This document shows positions 12,608 to 25,713 of a stretch of 64,000 nucleotides of DNA, one piece after another. This DNA is from Octopus vulgaris (lineage: Eukaryota), in contig OX597820.1 of NCBI GenBank assembly GCA_951406725.2, forward strand, positions 44,640,001 through 44,704,000. Reading direction: 5' to 3'. The number at the start of each line of letters is the position of its first letter. Within the stretch, counting starts at the first letter, position 1. Below the pieces are notes generated by a model. It was not told the origin of the DNA. It worked only from the letters and a program-made list of their open reading frames with translations, and ran no database searches. A program made the position numbers and the translations under genes.

Positions 12608-13423
12608 TATAATAATATAAGTAAAATATATATATACTTATATGCATATATCCATACATATACATGTATATATATATATATATATATATGCATATATAGG
12701 TACAGGATGTCACAAAAATCATCTCTACTAAAAAAAATTTGACCATTCATAACATTTTATAAATTCTTGTTTAAGAGATCAGATTGCACAGTCAGTAGAG
12801 TGACGAACAAAATGCATTGCGATATTTAATTATAGTTGTTTTCAGTTTTAACTTTGCTGTACCCTTCATCATATCCTACTATTCTTGTCCTCCAAATTTC
12901 TGGACTTGTAGCTATGTTAGAAATTCTTTTTGTTTTCATGATGATGATGATGATGATGGAAGCATTGACAGAAGAATCAGTAAAGTATTAAACAAAATGC
13001 TTTGCTGTATTTCATTACATTTCTTTACATTCTGAGTTCAAATCTTGCTGGTATCGTTTTTTTGCTTTCAACATCTCAGAGTTGATATAATAAGTACCAG
13101 TTAAATATTTAGTCCTCTCTTGACATAAATGACTCTCATTCCCTCTTCTCCAAAACATCTGGTCTTGTCTCTATCTCAGTAATAAGTTTTTCAACTCTCT
13201 TATATGCACGAGTATCTGTCATATGGTAGAAGTTTTGCATTCATCCCTTATATACATCTAACTCCCTTCACCCCATGTTTATTTCATATCCACTTCATTC
13301 ACCTCCCATCATTCTCCCTAGCTCTCTGTATTCACTCACTCTTAAGTGGCAGGCAATGTTACAATGTTACCCAGAAAAAGTTACAACTTGGTTAATTTTA
13401 AATGATGCTTCTTTTGTTTACAG

Positions 13424-13503
13424 AAAATAAGAACTCCTGGTGTCCCAGAACGAGTGAAACCAATGTCTAAATCTGGTGATGTATTTGAAGTAGCTCGAGG
13501 CAG
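13424..13503 (+). CDS. ORC1: ORC1 exon (KIRTPGVPERVKPMSKSGDVFEVARG)
   Basis: tttacag| and |gtatgt. Resembles the segment before the [11 protein letters not shown] motif of metazoan ORC1. Confidence 0.92.
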
Positions 13504-13835
13504 GTATGTCCACGAACATTAGTTTTTGATATATTTTATTGTAAGACAATGAAGTCAAGTGTTGTCAGGAAAAAGAATTGTCTTGTGGGCAGTAAAGAAA
13601 TATATATGTATAGTGAATAAAAATTGTGGGACCTTGCATGGAGTAAAAGTTTGATTTCAATTTTCAGAAAATATATGTAAATCTTACTGAAGAAAGGAGA
13701 GTAAACCATTAGAAATATTCATTAAAAAAAAGAAAAAAATTAACAGAAAAAAAAGAATAAATAGTTTGCCAAATTGTCCAAATCAAACTTTTACTCCATG
13801 CAAGGTCCCACAATTTTTATTCACTATACATATAT

Positions 13836-14067
13836 ATTTCTTTACTGCCCACAAGGGGCTAAACACAGAGGGGACAAACAAGGACAGACAAACGGATTAA
13901 GTCGATTACATCGACTCCAGTGCATAACTGGTCCTTATTTAATCGACCCCGAAAGGATGAAAGGCAAAGTTGACCTCGGCGGAATTTGAACTCAGAACGT
14001 AACGGCAGACAAAATATCGCTAAGCTTTTCGCCCGGCGTGCTAACGTTTCTGACAGCTCGCCGCCTT
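13836..14067 (-). mobile_element. tRNA-derived SINE family B
   Basis: Close to the copy at 23560-23768 (+). Others near 20275, 30695, 42740, 45388 and 50370. Confidence 0.85.
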
Positions 14068-14921
14068 CACTATACATATAGAATAGGAGCAACAATATAT
14101 GTTCATCTAAGGGTATATTTAAAATCAATATCATGAGTGGTAGCCATTTTAGGCCACACTTAACATTATATCACCTTTCAAGCTACCATCAGACCTATTA
14201 CTTAAATTTTTTTTTCTTTTACATATATCAGACTACAGCATCTAAGAAAATGCTATGTAGTTTTGTTCTCAGTTCTTTACATTCTGAGTTCAAATTCCAC
14301 CAAGGTCATCTTTGCTTCCCGTCCTTGTGAGTTCAATATAATACTGTGTCAGTTCTCAGAAACAGATCAGAAGATCTGGTATTTGTTCTGGGTGTCTGCA
14401 CAGATTTGGTTAACTTGTCTGCATCTAATCCTAACAGGATAGTGTCTTGTAAAAAATATCCAAAGGAAACCACCTTTATATCCTCCCATGAAAATTTCAT
14501 GAGAAGTACAATATGATTATCATAGCACTCATCAGAAATTATTCAGCAACCTGATTATGTAAGAAACAAAGTACTACATTATCCAATGTGCCTTTTTAAG
14601 ATAGTAACTGAGATTTGCTTGCTATTTCTAGCTAGTTGAGCAACATTGTAGAAGCTTTATTTTTTACTGGTCATTATTGTTTTGCTCCAGATTAGCTCAG
14701 ATCCAAGAAATTGATGATCACATACATTCTAACTGTGGCCACTCCATCTAGTTCGGACACAATGTATCTAAGACAGTATTATTCAATGTATCCTTCCTTT
14801 TTTAAAGACATTTGAGGAAAAATGTTGTTGCCAATATCTTCTTAGAACCATTCAGTTGATGTTGATTTTGTTATTTTTCAATTGTATTTTAATGGTAATA
14901 TTTTTTTTTGTTCTCAAACAG

Positions 14922-15023
14922 ACTTCATGTTTCTGCAGTTCCTGAGTCACTACCATGCAGAGAAAAAGAATTTGCAGATATTTATTCATTTGTGGAAAGT
15001 AAAATCCTTGATGGGACTGGAGG
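14922..15023 (+). CDS. ORC1: ORC1 exon ([34 protein letters not shown])
   Basis: Canonical AG/GT; carries the ORC1 [14 protein letters not shown] signature. Confidence 0.97.
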
Positions 15024-16877
15024 GTAAGAAGCTTAATGTTTTTCATGTTATATTCCATAAAGTAAGAAAAGTTCAGTTAATGATGTTTGTTTAATTGGTT
15101 GACATCTTTCACTCCCAGACATACCTCAGCCTCCAGCCTGCAGGCTTGCTGTCTCCTGTCTTTGCCTTTTCTAGTGCTATTATAGTGGCCTCTACTTCTC
15201 AGAAATAGCCGGACTCATGTTACCTCCAATAAGGCATTCCTATCTTACTTGTCTCTTCTGTTCTCTTGTTGTGTCCACCCAACCCTTTAGGCCTTCCATC
15301 CCAGAACGTCAGCCCTCTGGAATTCCTCAGGTACAAATTTCATGACACATATTACGATCCTTGGTCTGAATGGTTTGAAACTGGAGCATCAAACATGAAG
15401 GAATATATTTAGAATAAAGCAATTTACTGAAAGGAAACCTTGAGTACTCATCTATAATCACAAACACATAGCAATAAGAGATCTATGAAGTTGGTACTGA
15501 CATACTCAAATGGTTCTATGGATATGGTGAGAATCAGTTGTCAAAACTCTGTCTATTTATTTGGCTAAAATATTCATCTTCAGTATTCAAAGCACAAATG
15601 TGTTTATCTTTAAGACTTATTTAATTTACAATTTTCTGTCAGGATTAATATAACATTAATCATCGTTTAACGTCCGTTCTCCATGTTAGCATGGGTTGGA
15701 CGGTTCGACCGGGGATCTGGGAAGCCAGAAGGCTGCACCAGGCTCCGGTCTATTCTGGCGATGTTTCTACAGCTGGATGCCCTTCCTAACGCCAACCACG
15801 CCGTGAGTGTAGTGGGTGCATTTTACGTGCCACCGGCACGGAAGCCAGTCGATGCGGCACTGGCTTCGGCCACGATTCGGATGGTGCGCTTTTTACGTGC
15901 CACCGACACGGAAGCCAGTTGAGGCGGCGCTGGCATTGGCCACGCTTATGCATTTTGTCTAGCATAACACTACTCCATACTACAGTTCACTGCTCTATAT
16001 TACATAAAAAAGTCATCCATACTGTCTGTATATTAGGTATTACAGCATCCAGTATGTCTTTTTGTTTGAGATAGGGTGTGATTTAATGAAGATAAGCTTG
16101 CTGTCTTCAACAGGTCAAGTCACACTACTTTTTTGACCTGCTACAAATAGCAGTCAAAGCTCTCTCAAACCTTTTTTTTTAATGACATATACATATATAT
16201 ATATATATACAAATCAACAACAGTGCACAATAAGATCTGTGATGGTAGAGTCCAATGGTGATCCAGGTGTAGTTTATGATAAAGTGGATAAGGAGAGGGA
16301 TCAAAGATCCAAGAAGAAGGTAAGAGAGATGAGGATCCAAGAGGGGAGGAAGTTCAGTCAGGCAGGATTGGGCTGGTGTGGTAGTCCAAGTACACTCTAT
16401 TAAAAAAAAAAATAATAATAATAAATTGATGAGCTGGTCACTGGTTGAATGCTTCTGATTATAAATGTGTTTGATCAGGAATGTTGATTTGGAACTAAAT
16501 TGTAACACCATGTTAGACTACACTGCTCCACGTTACACCACACTGCCACCCTACTCTATATGAGGGAATTAGGGATCCTCATTTTTTAAAAAATGACACA
16601 TTGGATAATATCATCATCATCATCATCATATTTTAACATCCTCTTTTCAAATGCTGGCATCGGTCAGATAAAGTTTATTGAGGCAGATTTTTCTACAGCT
16701 AGGTGTCCATCCTGTCACCAACCCTCATTTGTCTCCAAGCAAGGTAATATTTCCCCATGGTCAGGCATACATGCTCTCACAGATTATTGGAAAAGAATGA
16801 CATTGCTTGTATGACTGTGACATTTGTTTACAACTAGCAAGTGATGTGAGGACAAGGAAACACAAACATATATACAT

Positions 16878-16918
<41 letters not shown>

Positions 16919-17267
16919 ATGGGAATCTCTTCAGTTTCTGCCTGCCAAATTCACTCACAAAGCTTTGGTTGGCCCAAAGCTGTTGAAGGTGGTTGGGCAG
17001 TCACATAGCCAGGTCTGTACCCAATTTAGAGAATGACAAGATGGTCACAGCTGGAACATCTTTGACCATAGATCTACTCAGTCAGGCCTGACTTGAAGTT
17101 AAACACCAGCAAAATACCACTCAAAATGACACTACTCCCCGCAAGTAGAACATTAAATATATAAATCTCAGTGTTTTGAGAGGCCTTACATATCAGTACA
17201 GCTGCTTCTTTTAGACCTATCAGTCCATAATAACAAGAGTCCCTTTAATGTATTTATGTTCTTTAAG

Positions 17268-17439
17268 GTGTATGTACATATCTGGTGTACCTGGTACTGG
17301 AAAGACTGCCACAGTGCAGGAAGTTATTCGCAACTTAAGAGAAGCTTCTGAGGCTGGTGATATTGGAATGTTCCGGTATATCGAACTGAATGGAATGAAG
17401 TTAACAGAACCCCATCAAGCTTATGTCCAACTTTTAAAG
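17268..17439 (+). CDS. ORC1: ORC1 exon, AAA+ Walker A
   Basis: [16 protein letters not shown]...[20 protein letters not shown]; canonical AG/GT. Confidence 0.98.
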
Positions 17440-18333
17440 GTATGTATTACAGTAAGTGAGAGTTGAAGCATATCATGTCAGTAGAGAGACTACAAACTAG
17501 AACTTTCAGCTGTGCATGGACCATCTTAAAATATGCACCCTCTATATCGAGCAAGTTGGCAAATTTCAGGAAGCATGGGAGTTTGGAAGGACGCCGTGTC
17601 CTGATGTGTTTTTATGGGTTTTTTTTTATTCATTTATTTATTTCATGTTGTATCACTCATAGAGATTTGCTGTAGTTGGCATAAATTAAAGAAGTCCCCA
17701 CCTCCAGAAACTTCATCAGATAAGTCCTAAGTGTGTGTCAAGTCCAGGCATGAGCAACCATTTTCAAAAATTGGTCCGCATGACACATGGCTCATCACCT
17801 GGTGGGCTGCACAACTAAAACAATTCTAGGTAACTTTTCATAAAATGTGCCATTCAGAAAGTCTCTTGGGCTGCAGTTTAGCCATGAATGGTCTAGTCTG
17901 TGTGATCATACCAGTTGGCAATAAAGAAGGACTTCTAGTAATAAAAAGCACCTATCCAGAACAGCAACTAAATGCACTAATGATAGGGCATCTTCAAGGT
18001 GTTATGTTGACTTTATATGGGAAGGCTGCTGCATTTTCAAACAAGCCCAAACTATGCATAGATTAACACAGGAGATATGAAACTGATGAATAATAATGAG
18101 TTTTAACATTGACAAAAGGTTTTGCATTTAAGAGGATAGAGAATAGTCAATTCACTAACCCCAGGACTTGATTGGTACACATTTCATCAATCCTGTATTA
18201 TTGAAAGAGAAACTCAACATCAGTGAGATTTGAACATGAGGCATAAATGCTTGCATAGCATTTTCCCTGCATTTACTAATTCTGCCATTCCTTATATTAA
18301 TAATAATAATAATAATAATGATATTACTTGTAG

Positions 18334-18441
18334 CAATTGACTGGACAGAAAACCAGTGCTGAACATGCTGTAGACATTCTTCATAAAAGATTCAACAATT
18401 TGGCACCAAGAAGAGAAACCAATATTCTACTTGTTGATGAG
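18334..18441 (+). CDS. ORC1: ORC1 exon, Walker B (ILLVDE)
   Basis: QLTGQKTSAEHAVDIL...ETNILLVDE; tag| and |gtaagt. Confidence 0.97.
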
Positions 18442-19560
18442 GTAAGTTCCTGGAAGTAATCAAAGAAATATTTCATCTCGCTTTTGTTTAATCCATGAAT
18501 GAATAGTTTCAGATATTTTTTTCTTTAAATCTAATTTGTTTATTTTATTTTATTTTTTTTAAAGAATGGCTCTTTCAATAAATATTAAAATTCCAGATGT
18601 TATCAGTCTACTTCCAGATCTGAGGATGTGTTTTTGTAATCATTAACACAATGTGTTGATAAAATATGCAGTACATACAGCTGTAGCAGGTTTCTATGTT
18701 TGCCTGTAAATCTCTGTGTATCATCATCATTGTTTTAATGTCCATTTTTCCATACTTCATGAGGACAGCCAGAATTTCTTGAAGGGTATTTTATGCAGCT
18801 GGATACCTTTCCTGTTGTCAACCTCACCTGTTTCCAAGCAAGGTGATATTTCTCTATGACCAAAGAAAGTTGAATCAAAATTAGCTCCCTCTTCAGAGAC
18901 ACATGCAAAGTAATAGCCATTCACACAGCTTTTCATTCTGTAATAACACTTCTACTTTGGAGCTTTAGTGATATGTGTGTCTGTGTCTGTTTGTGTTTAG
19001 TTTTTTTTTTTTTAACATCATCATAACAATATAACATCCACATTCCATGCTGGCATAGTTTGGTTTGTTCAACAAGAGTTAACAAGCCATAGGACTGTGC
19101 CAAGTTCCAATGTATTCTCAGTCATGATTTCTATGGTTGGATGCCCCTCCTAATGCCAACTGCTTTACAGAGTGTTACTGGATGCTTTTTACATGGCATT
19201 GAAACCAGTGAGATCACCAAGTACTTCGCAGGGCGATAACCCTCAGCAAAAGTAGGTATAGTATTGAGCGAAGTGGCTTTGTGCCAAGTGACAAGAGGTT
19301 AAAGTATGATAGAGGGACAGGAACGGGTGTCTTGCTGTAGGGGAGATACGTAGCTACCCTAGTTGAAAAAGAAAGAAGATGGTGATACAAACATGTCAGT
19401 ATGTACCATCAAGTTGCAAGGAGTTTCCATTAAGAACCGTCACTCTCCACAGACACAGAATGCATAGATAGTTTGTTTTAATCTATTTTTCTTGTTATTG
19501 GAGCATTTATCTATACACACACATGTATTTAATCTTTGTTTTTCGTTACCTTAAAATTAG

Positions 19561-19710
19561 CTTGATCTACTGTGGACAAGAAAACAAGATGTTATGTATA
19601 ATATATTTGATTGGCCATCAAAACCTCAAGCCCGACTTGTGGTACTTGCTGTAGCAAACACCATGGATTTACCTGAACGCATCATGATGAGACGAGTTTC
19701 TAGCCGTCTA
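19561..19710 (+). CDS. ORC1: ORC1 exon, sensor 1 and Arg finger
   Basis: [19 protein letters not shown]...[21 protein letters not shown]; canonical AG/GT. Confidence 0.98.
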
Positions 19711-21506
19711 GTAAGTAATTTTGCATTATGAATAGTTTTATCCTCAACTCTCTCGATATTTTTCCAGTCCATTTTTTTTTATTACCAACCAAATATTTTA
19801 TCAATCTTGTTGTATCTTAGGGCAGTCATTATGCCAATAATAAGCAAATGCACTGATTTTATTTCACTTCTTTTAATATTCATCATCATCATCGTTTAAC
19901 GTCTGCTTTCCATGCTAGCATGGGTTGGATGATTTTGACTGAGGGCTGGCAAACCAGATGGCTGCACCCGGCTCCAATCATGATCTGGCAGAGTTTCTAC
20001 AGCTGGATGCCCTTCCTAATGCCAACCACTCCGAGAGTGTAGTGGGTGCTTTTTACGTGTACTGGCATGGGGCCAGTCAGGCGGTACTGGCAATGACCTC
20101 ACGCGAATCTTTTTACACATGCCACCGGCACAGGTGCCAGTAAGGCAACGGTGGTAACGATCACACTCGAATGGTGCCTTTTACGTGCCACCAGCACGGA
20201 AGCCGGTTAGCTGCTCTGGCAACAATCACGCTCAGATGGTGTTCTTCTTTTAATATTGTTAATCAATTTGAAAAGCAGCCAGCTGGCAGAATTGTTAGCA
20301 TGCTGGGCAAAATGCTTAGCAATATTTCATCCATCTTTACGTTCTGAGTTCAAATTCCATTGATATCAGCTTCGCCTTTCATCCTTTCGGGGTCAATAAA
20401 ATAAGTACTAGTTAAACACTGGAGTTAATTTATTTTAGCCTCTTCCTTGAAATTGCTGGCCTTGTGCCAAAATTTGAAATCAGTATTATTCAATTCGTTA
20501 AGTAAACAATTGTTTGACTAATTGTATGTTCAATTGATAAATGAGCTAAGTTTGTCAAAGTCTGTCAGACCTGGTGTAGAGAGGGCATTTCATTGCTGAC
20601 ATCACAAATGGCAAAGGAAGGGCTTCTTTTACATTACCAATACCTCTCCCACAACTTTTTTCAGTGTTATTGTTATTCTTTTTTTAATCATTGAACACCT
20701 TCAAGGGAGTTACATTGATTATATCAACCCTCGTATTATTTAAGTCTTGATTCCTATTTATCAAATGCCTTAATTATCTTCTGACATGAAAGGCACATTT
20801 GGTGCTAGTGTTCACATACATACATATGTGTTTATATGTGTGTGTGTATTATCAGTTGCTGTCCAATTTTCCATGCTTGCATTGATGAGATGGGATTTAT
20901 TCAGGCAGATTTTTTACAAACCTTACCTGTTTCCAAGCAAAGTAATATATATACTTCCACGCAGTTTCTGTCTTCCAAATTCCATTCACATAACATTTGC
21001 CAACCCAAAGTTAGAGTAGAAAACATTTCCCTAAGGTGTTATATAGCAGAATCAAACATGGAACCAAATGGTTGCCAAGCAACTTTCTTAACTTTGTTGT
21101 TATGCATTTGACAGTTGTTATTTTAAATATTATAATGGATAACCACCAATTGCTACACCTTATAATATTCTAAAAGAATACGTTTCAACTACACTTGGTT
21201 CTAATCATCATCTTTTAAAGTCCGCTTTCCATGCTGGCATGGGTTGTGGAGTTTGATCAGAGTTGGCCGACTGGAAAGCTGCATCAGGTTCCAATATGAT
21301 TTGGCTTGGTTTTACAGTTGGATGCCCTTCCTAACACCAACCACATTACAGTGTGCTGGGTAGTTTTTATGTGGTACCATCACAGGTGCTTTTTACGTAG
21401 CACCAGCACGGGTGCTTTTTAAAAATTGTGTAACTGTGTAGTAGATATTTGGAGAGATGTAATTATTTGAACTAATTATCTTCAAATCTATTAATTCTAT
21501 CTGCAG

Positions 21507-21626
21507 GGACTTACTCGAATGACTTTTCAGCCTTACACTTTCAAGCAACTTCAGCAAATTGTTCTGTCTCGACTGCAAGGACTGAAAGCATTTGATGAAG
21601 ATGCCATCCAGCTAGCTGCTCGCAAG
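21507..21626 (+). CDS. ORC1: ORC1 exon, AAA+ lid
   Basis: [23 protein letters not shown]...DAIQLAARK; canonical AG/GT. Confidence 0.98.
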
Positions 21627-22326
21627 GTAAGGAACTTTCCCCTTTGTTCTTCTAGTCTCTTCTCAATTTTCTGTCACCATACAATGTAGTTTCGTGTTTG
21701 TTTTTCCCTATTTTCAATTATTAGTTTGTCCAAGGTAGGAAAGAACAAATCCACTTCAAGATTTTCTAGACAAAGGCATATTGGTTGTTTAGTGAATTAA
21801 TACAGGTGTTGTTCAGTTTGAACTGCTGTCGGTTTGTTTTGAAGGCAAATGTTTGCAAGGAGGATATTCCAGAGGACCTAATGCTGAACTTATTGGTTGT
21901 ATATCTAAGACTAGAAGAGAGAGAACTCCTATGTAGTTGTACACCCAAGTGGTGGATAGGTAAACAGCCTCTAGATATAGGAATTAGTGGCAAATATAGA
22001 AATAAGTCATCTTGGGCCAAAATGTGCGATGCTTTTTGCCAAAACACCAACTGGCAACCACTCAACCTATGTTTACAGGTATGTGATGAGAAGCACTATA
22101 GTGGATGTGCAGTCAGTCTCAGCTTGGGTCATTCTACTGACCAGTGGTGACATCTGATGCTGGGTAGAGGAAGCTCTGTGAGTTCAACAACCAAGATCAC
22201 CTAGGTTTCAAAATTTATTTCTGCTAACCTCTATAAATCCAGTAACCATAGACTTTATAGATTTAAATTTATTCAGTGTATAACATATACCCATATATAT
22301 TAAGCACTCACAACATTACATATATA

Positions 22327-23157
22327 CAGGATTGTGATGGGTAAATTGTTACCATTCTGTATTTTTAATTTTGCACACTTGCATTGTTTGTTTTTGATTT
22401 TGTTACCTACATAGTATAGTAGGGTCAGTTGGGCACTGCCTGTGAGAAAAACAGCACTGTGATACAATTAACTCTGCCAGAAATTTGGAAACAACCTGCT
22501 TTACTGCTTGGTAATTGTGCTGGAAGCTCCAGTACAAACAAATGGTGAACACACAGAACAACAGTTGATTTGCCATATCCCCAAAACATGTACCGAGAGT
22601 CATAAATATTAAACCTCCAGTCAACATCATGGTGTTTGGAGTGATCACTAGTGATGGTGACGTTATGCCTCCATTCATCTTCCCACACAGCTTCAAACTT
22701 AACACGGAGGCCTACATCAAGTGCCTGGAAGAGGTAGTGCTGCTTTGGATCAAGAGGGTGGTTGCTGGAAGACCCTATGCTTGGCAACAGGACTCTGTAC
22801 CATGCCACACAAACAGGAGAACCCAGTCATGGCTGTCAAACAATTTCTGCGACCACATTACCCACTAACATCTGGCCATCTAACTTCCCAGGCTACAACC
22901 CTTTTGATTATTATGTGTGGGGTGCAGTTGAGCGAGAGACCAACAAAATTCCTTGTAACATGAAAGATGAACTAAAGGCAAGGATTGTGGCAGCATTCAC
23001 CAACTTAAACAAGGAAACCATCCAGAAGAGTTGCAGGGGATTCCAAGGTCGTCTGGAGGCCATGGCTGAAACCAATGGCAAGTTTATTGAATAAATTTAC
23101 ACTTTAGTATTTCAGGATATTTTTATGCAGTTTTGGTAAATATATCTGCTAAAATGA

Positions 23158-23160
<3 letters not shown>
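22327..23160 (+). mobile_element. Tc1/mariner (maT, DD37D) transposon remnant, frameshifted and internally deleted
   Basis: TA|CAGG left end. ORFs 22629-22868 and 22762-23094 give QQD...WPSNFPGYNPFDY with 37 residues between the two Asp after repairing a 1-nt frameshift. Right TIR is absent, replaced by (TA)n. Confidence 0.85.
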
Positions 23161-23195
<35 letters not shown>

Positions 23196-23212
23196 GGATG
23201 TGCTATTCCACA

Positions 23213-23310
23213 CCCATACTGACAATCCAATAATACCATTCCACATATACAAAAACAGCCATACCAACCATCCAACATACCTCCATCATCAGCTGCCCCA
23301 CAGCTATCAT
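23213..23310 (+). mobile_element. Possible decayed Penelope-like RT fragment
   Basis: Reads PY*QSNNTIPHIQK, frameshift, then NHPTYLHHQLPTAI. Resembles the PYRKPN..YI...SNHP....LP..I thumb motif of Penelope-like RTs. Confidence 0.4.
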
Positions 23311-24279
23311 TATGGTTTTGACACCTGGACAGTACCGTTCAATCCAGCAGTGTCAACAGCACTAAAATAAGTGTTGTTTGGGAACAAACAAACCAAAGAA
23401 ACCACAACTTTCAAACACATTTATGCTATGTACAACTGTAATGGTAAATAAATTCAATAAGTATATATGTATAAAACACACCCACACTTATCTTATGTCT
23501 GCTTTCTCTGCTTACATAGGTTGGATATGTCATCACAGTTCAAGTCAGTTGATATAAAGAGCTGGCAGAATCGTTAGCACTCCGGGCGAAATGCATAGCC
23601 GTATTTCGTCTGCCACTACGTTCTGAGTTCAAATTCCGCCGAGGTCAACTTTGCCTTTCATCCTTTCAGGGTCGATAAATAAAGTACCAGTTTCGCACTG
23701 GGATCGATGTAATCGACTTAATCCGTTTGTCTGTCCTTGTTTAGCCCCTTGTGGGCAGTAAAGAAATATAATGAGCTTATTGTATACAGTGGTCAAATGC
23801 ATGACTTGTTGGAAATGGTTAAAAGAGAGACAGAAACCAGACATATCAGTCAAGTGAATAAAGAATGATAGCAATAGAAGCTAGAAATATATGTGTAGTA
23901 CACAGAATGAAGCACAAAAGTAGGGAAAATGGAACATTAAAAAGAGTCATAAAGTATAAGGGTGCACATAAGGTATAGATCTGGTGAATTTCAAGGAAGC
24001 ATGGAATTTTTGAAGGATACAGTGTCCTGACAGTTAACAATGGATTGTTCATCTTCTCTTTCAAAATTACTTACAACTGCTTCTGAGAATAATGGTGTAA
24101 AGTTTTAAACAGCTATCATGGCTCTACAACACAATCATCATCGTCCGTTTTCCCATGCTAGCATGGGTTGGACGGTTTGACTGAGAACTGGTAAGCTGGG
24201 GAGCTACACCAGGTTCCAATCTGGTTTAAACCCATAATCTAAAATCAAGTCTCTTATCATATACATACAGTTCTGAAAT

Positions 24280-24315
<36 letters not shown>

Positions 24316-24362
24316 AAGTTATTTTCAAACAGGACTGAGCTATTCATCTATCAATTTTACAG

Positions 24363-24532
24363 GTTGCAGCTGTGTCTGGAGATGCACGTCGTGCATTAGA
24401 CATCTGCAGGAGAGCTACTGAAATAGCCGGACGCAAGAATTCTGATAATAAAGGGCAGAAACTAGTGGGCATGTCACATGTGAATCAATCATTACAGGAA
24501 ATGTATTCATCTAGCCAAGTTTCTGCTATCAG
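24363..24532 (+). CDS. ORC1: ORC1 exon, sensor 2 (SGDARRALDICRRA)
   Basis: VAAVSGDARRALDICRRATEIA...; canonical AG/GT. Confidence 0.98.
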
Positions 24533-25662
24533 GTAACTTCATTCTTCAGTAGAATGCATGGATTGAAATTTAAATCATATTGTCTTGCTATGACACTGTT
24601 TTCTCTATTCTTATGCCCTAATTTTCAGATATTATATTCACACACACAAGCCATACATACATATATCTATATCTACTTATGATGCAATGAGCAAAAACAA
24701 GATGAAATGAATGAGAGGGAAACGTTTAAACAAAGGTGGTATTAGTATAATGCTTGAGATGAAAGAAAAGAGTCTTTGACGTTTTGAACGCTAGTCCTTC
24801 ATCAGAAGAAAGGAAAGAAAGGTGGAGAAAGTGGTGAATAGAAAAAATTCGGGACTAGGTAAGAATGAGTTTCTATAGGGAGGTGTGTGGAAGAAAGAAG
24901 AGGTGGGTAGTAAGCAAGTTTTGGAGGGTATCCATGTATAGAGGAGGCATAGGGGAGGTGTACAAGTGTGAAAGGAGGGTTGATTAGTTGTGGATGTATT
25001 GTGTGAGAGAGGTAAAAGGCAAGATCGGAAAACCACTGAAGAAAACAGTATGGTTGGTATATCTACCTACCTATTCAGCTTCCTAGCATCCCATTAGATT
25101 GATAAAGTATTTATCCAAAGCGATAGATTGATAAAATTGTTAGAGCATTAGTTGGTAGTAATTTGCAGTATCTGTTCCAGTGATGGTTAACCAAGAGCAT
25201 TCAGACTCAATGGTAACATATAAGTACCTTGACTTAAGAATACATGAAATGACAGTGAAGGTAAATATTAGATACAGGCAGCAATTTTACCTGTGTATGT
25301 ATCATCATCTTCATTATTATCATTTGAATGTCCACTTTTCCATGGGTCATACAGAATTTGTTCAGGGAAATTTTTCTACAGCCAAATGCCCTTCCTGTTC
25401 CTAGGGAAGATTGGAAGTGAAAGGCACAGCTTGTATGACAGTGATGCTCACAGTTATTTTGTGATATCAAAACAAGGAGACAACCACCGACACGCACATA
25501 TGTGCAAACACACACACACATATATATATACACATATGACAAGCTTATTTCAGTCTGTCACCCAAATCAACTCACAAGACTTTCAACAACCAGGGGCTAT
25601 AGTTGAAGATACTTGCCTTTGTGATTGAGATACAAACTTAACCATGCAGTTGTACATGCATC

Positions 25663-25709
<47 letters not shown>

Positions 25710-25713
<4 letters not shown>

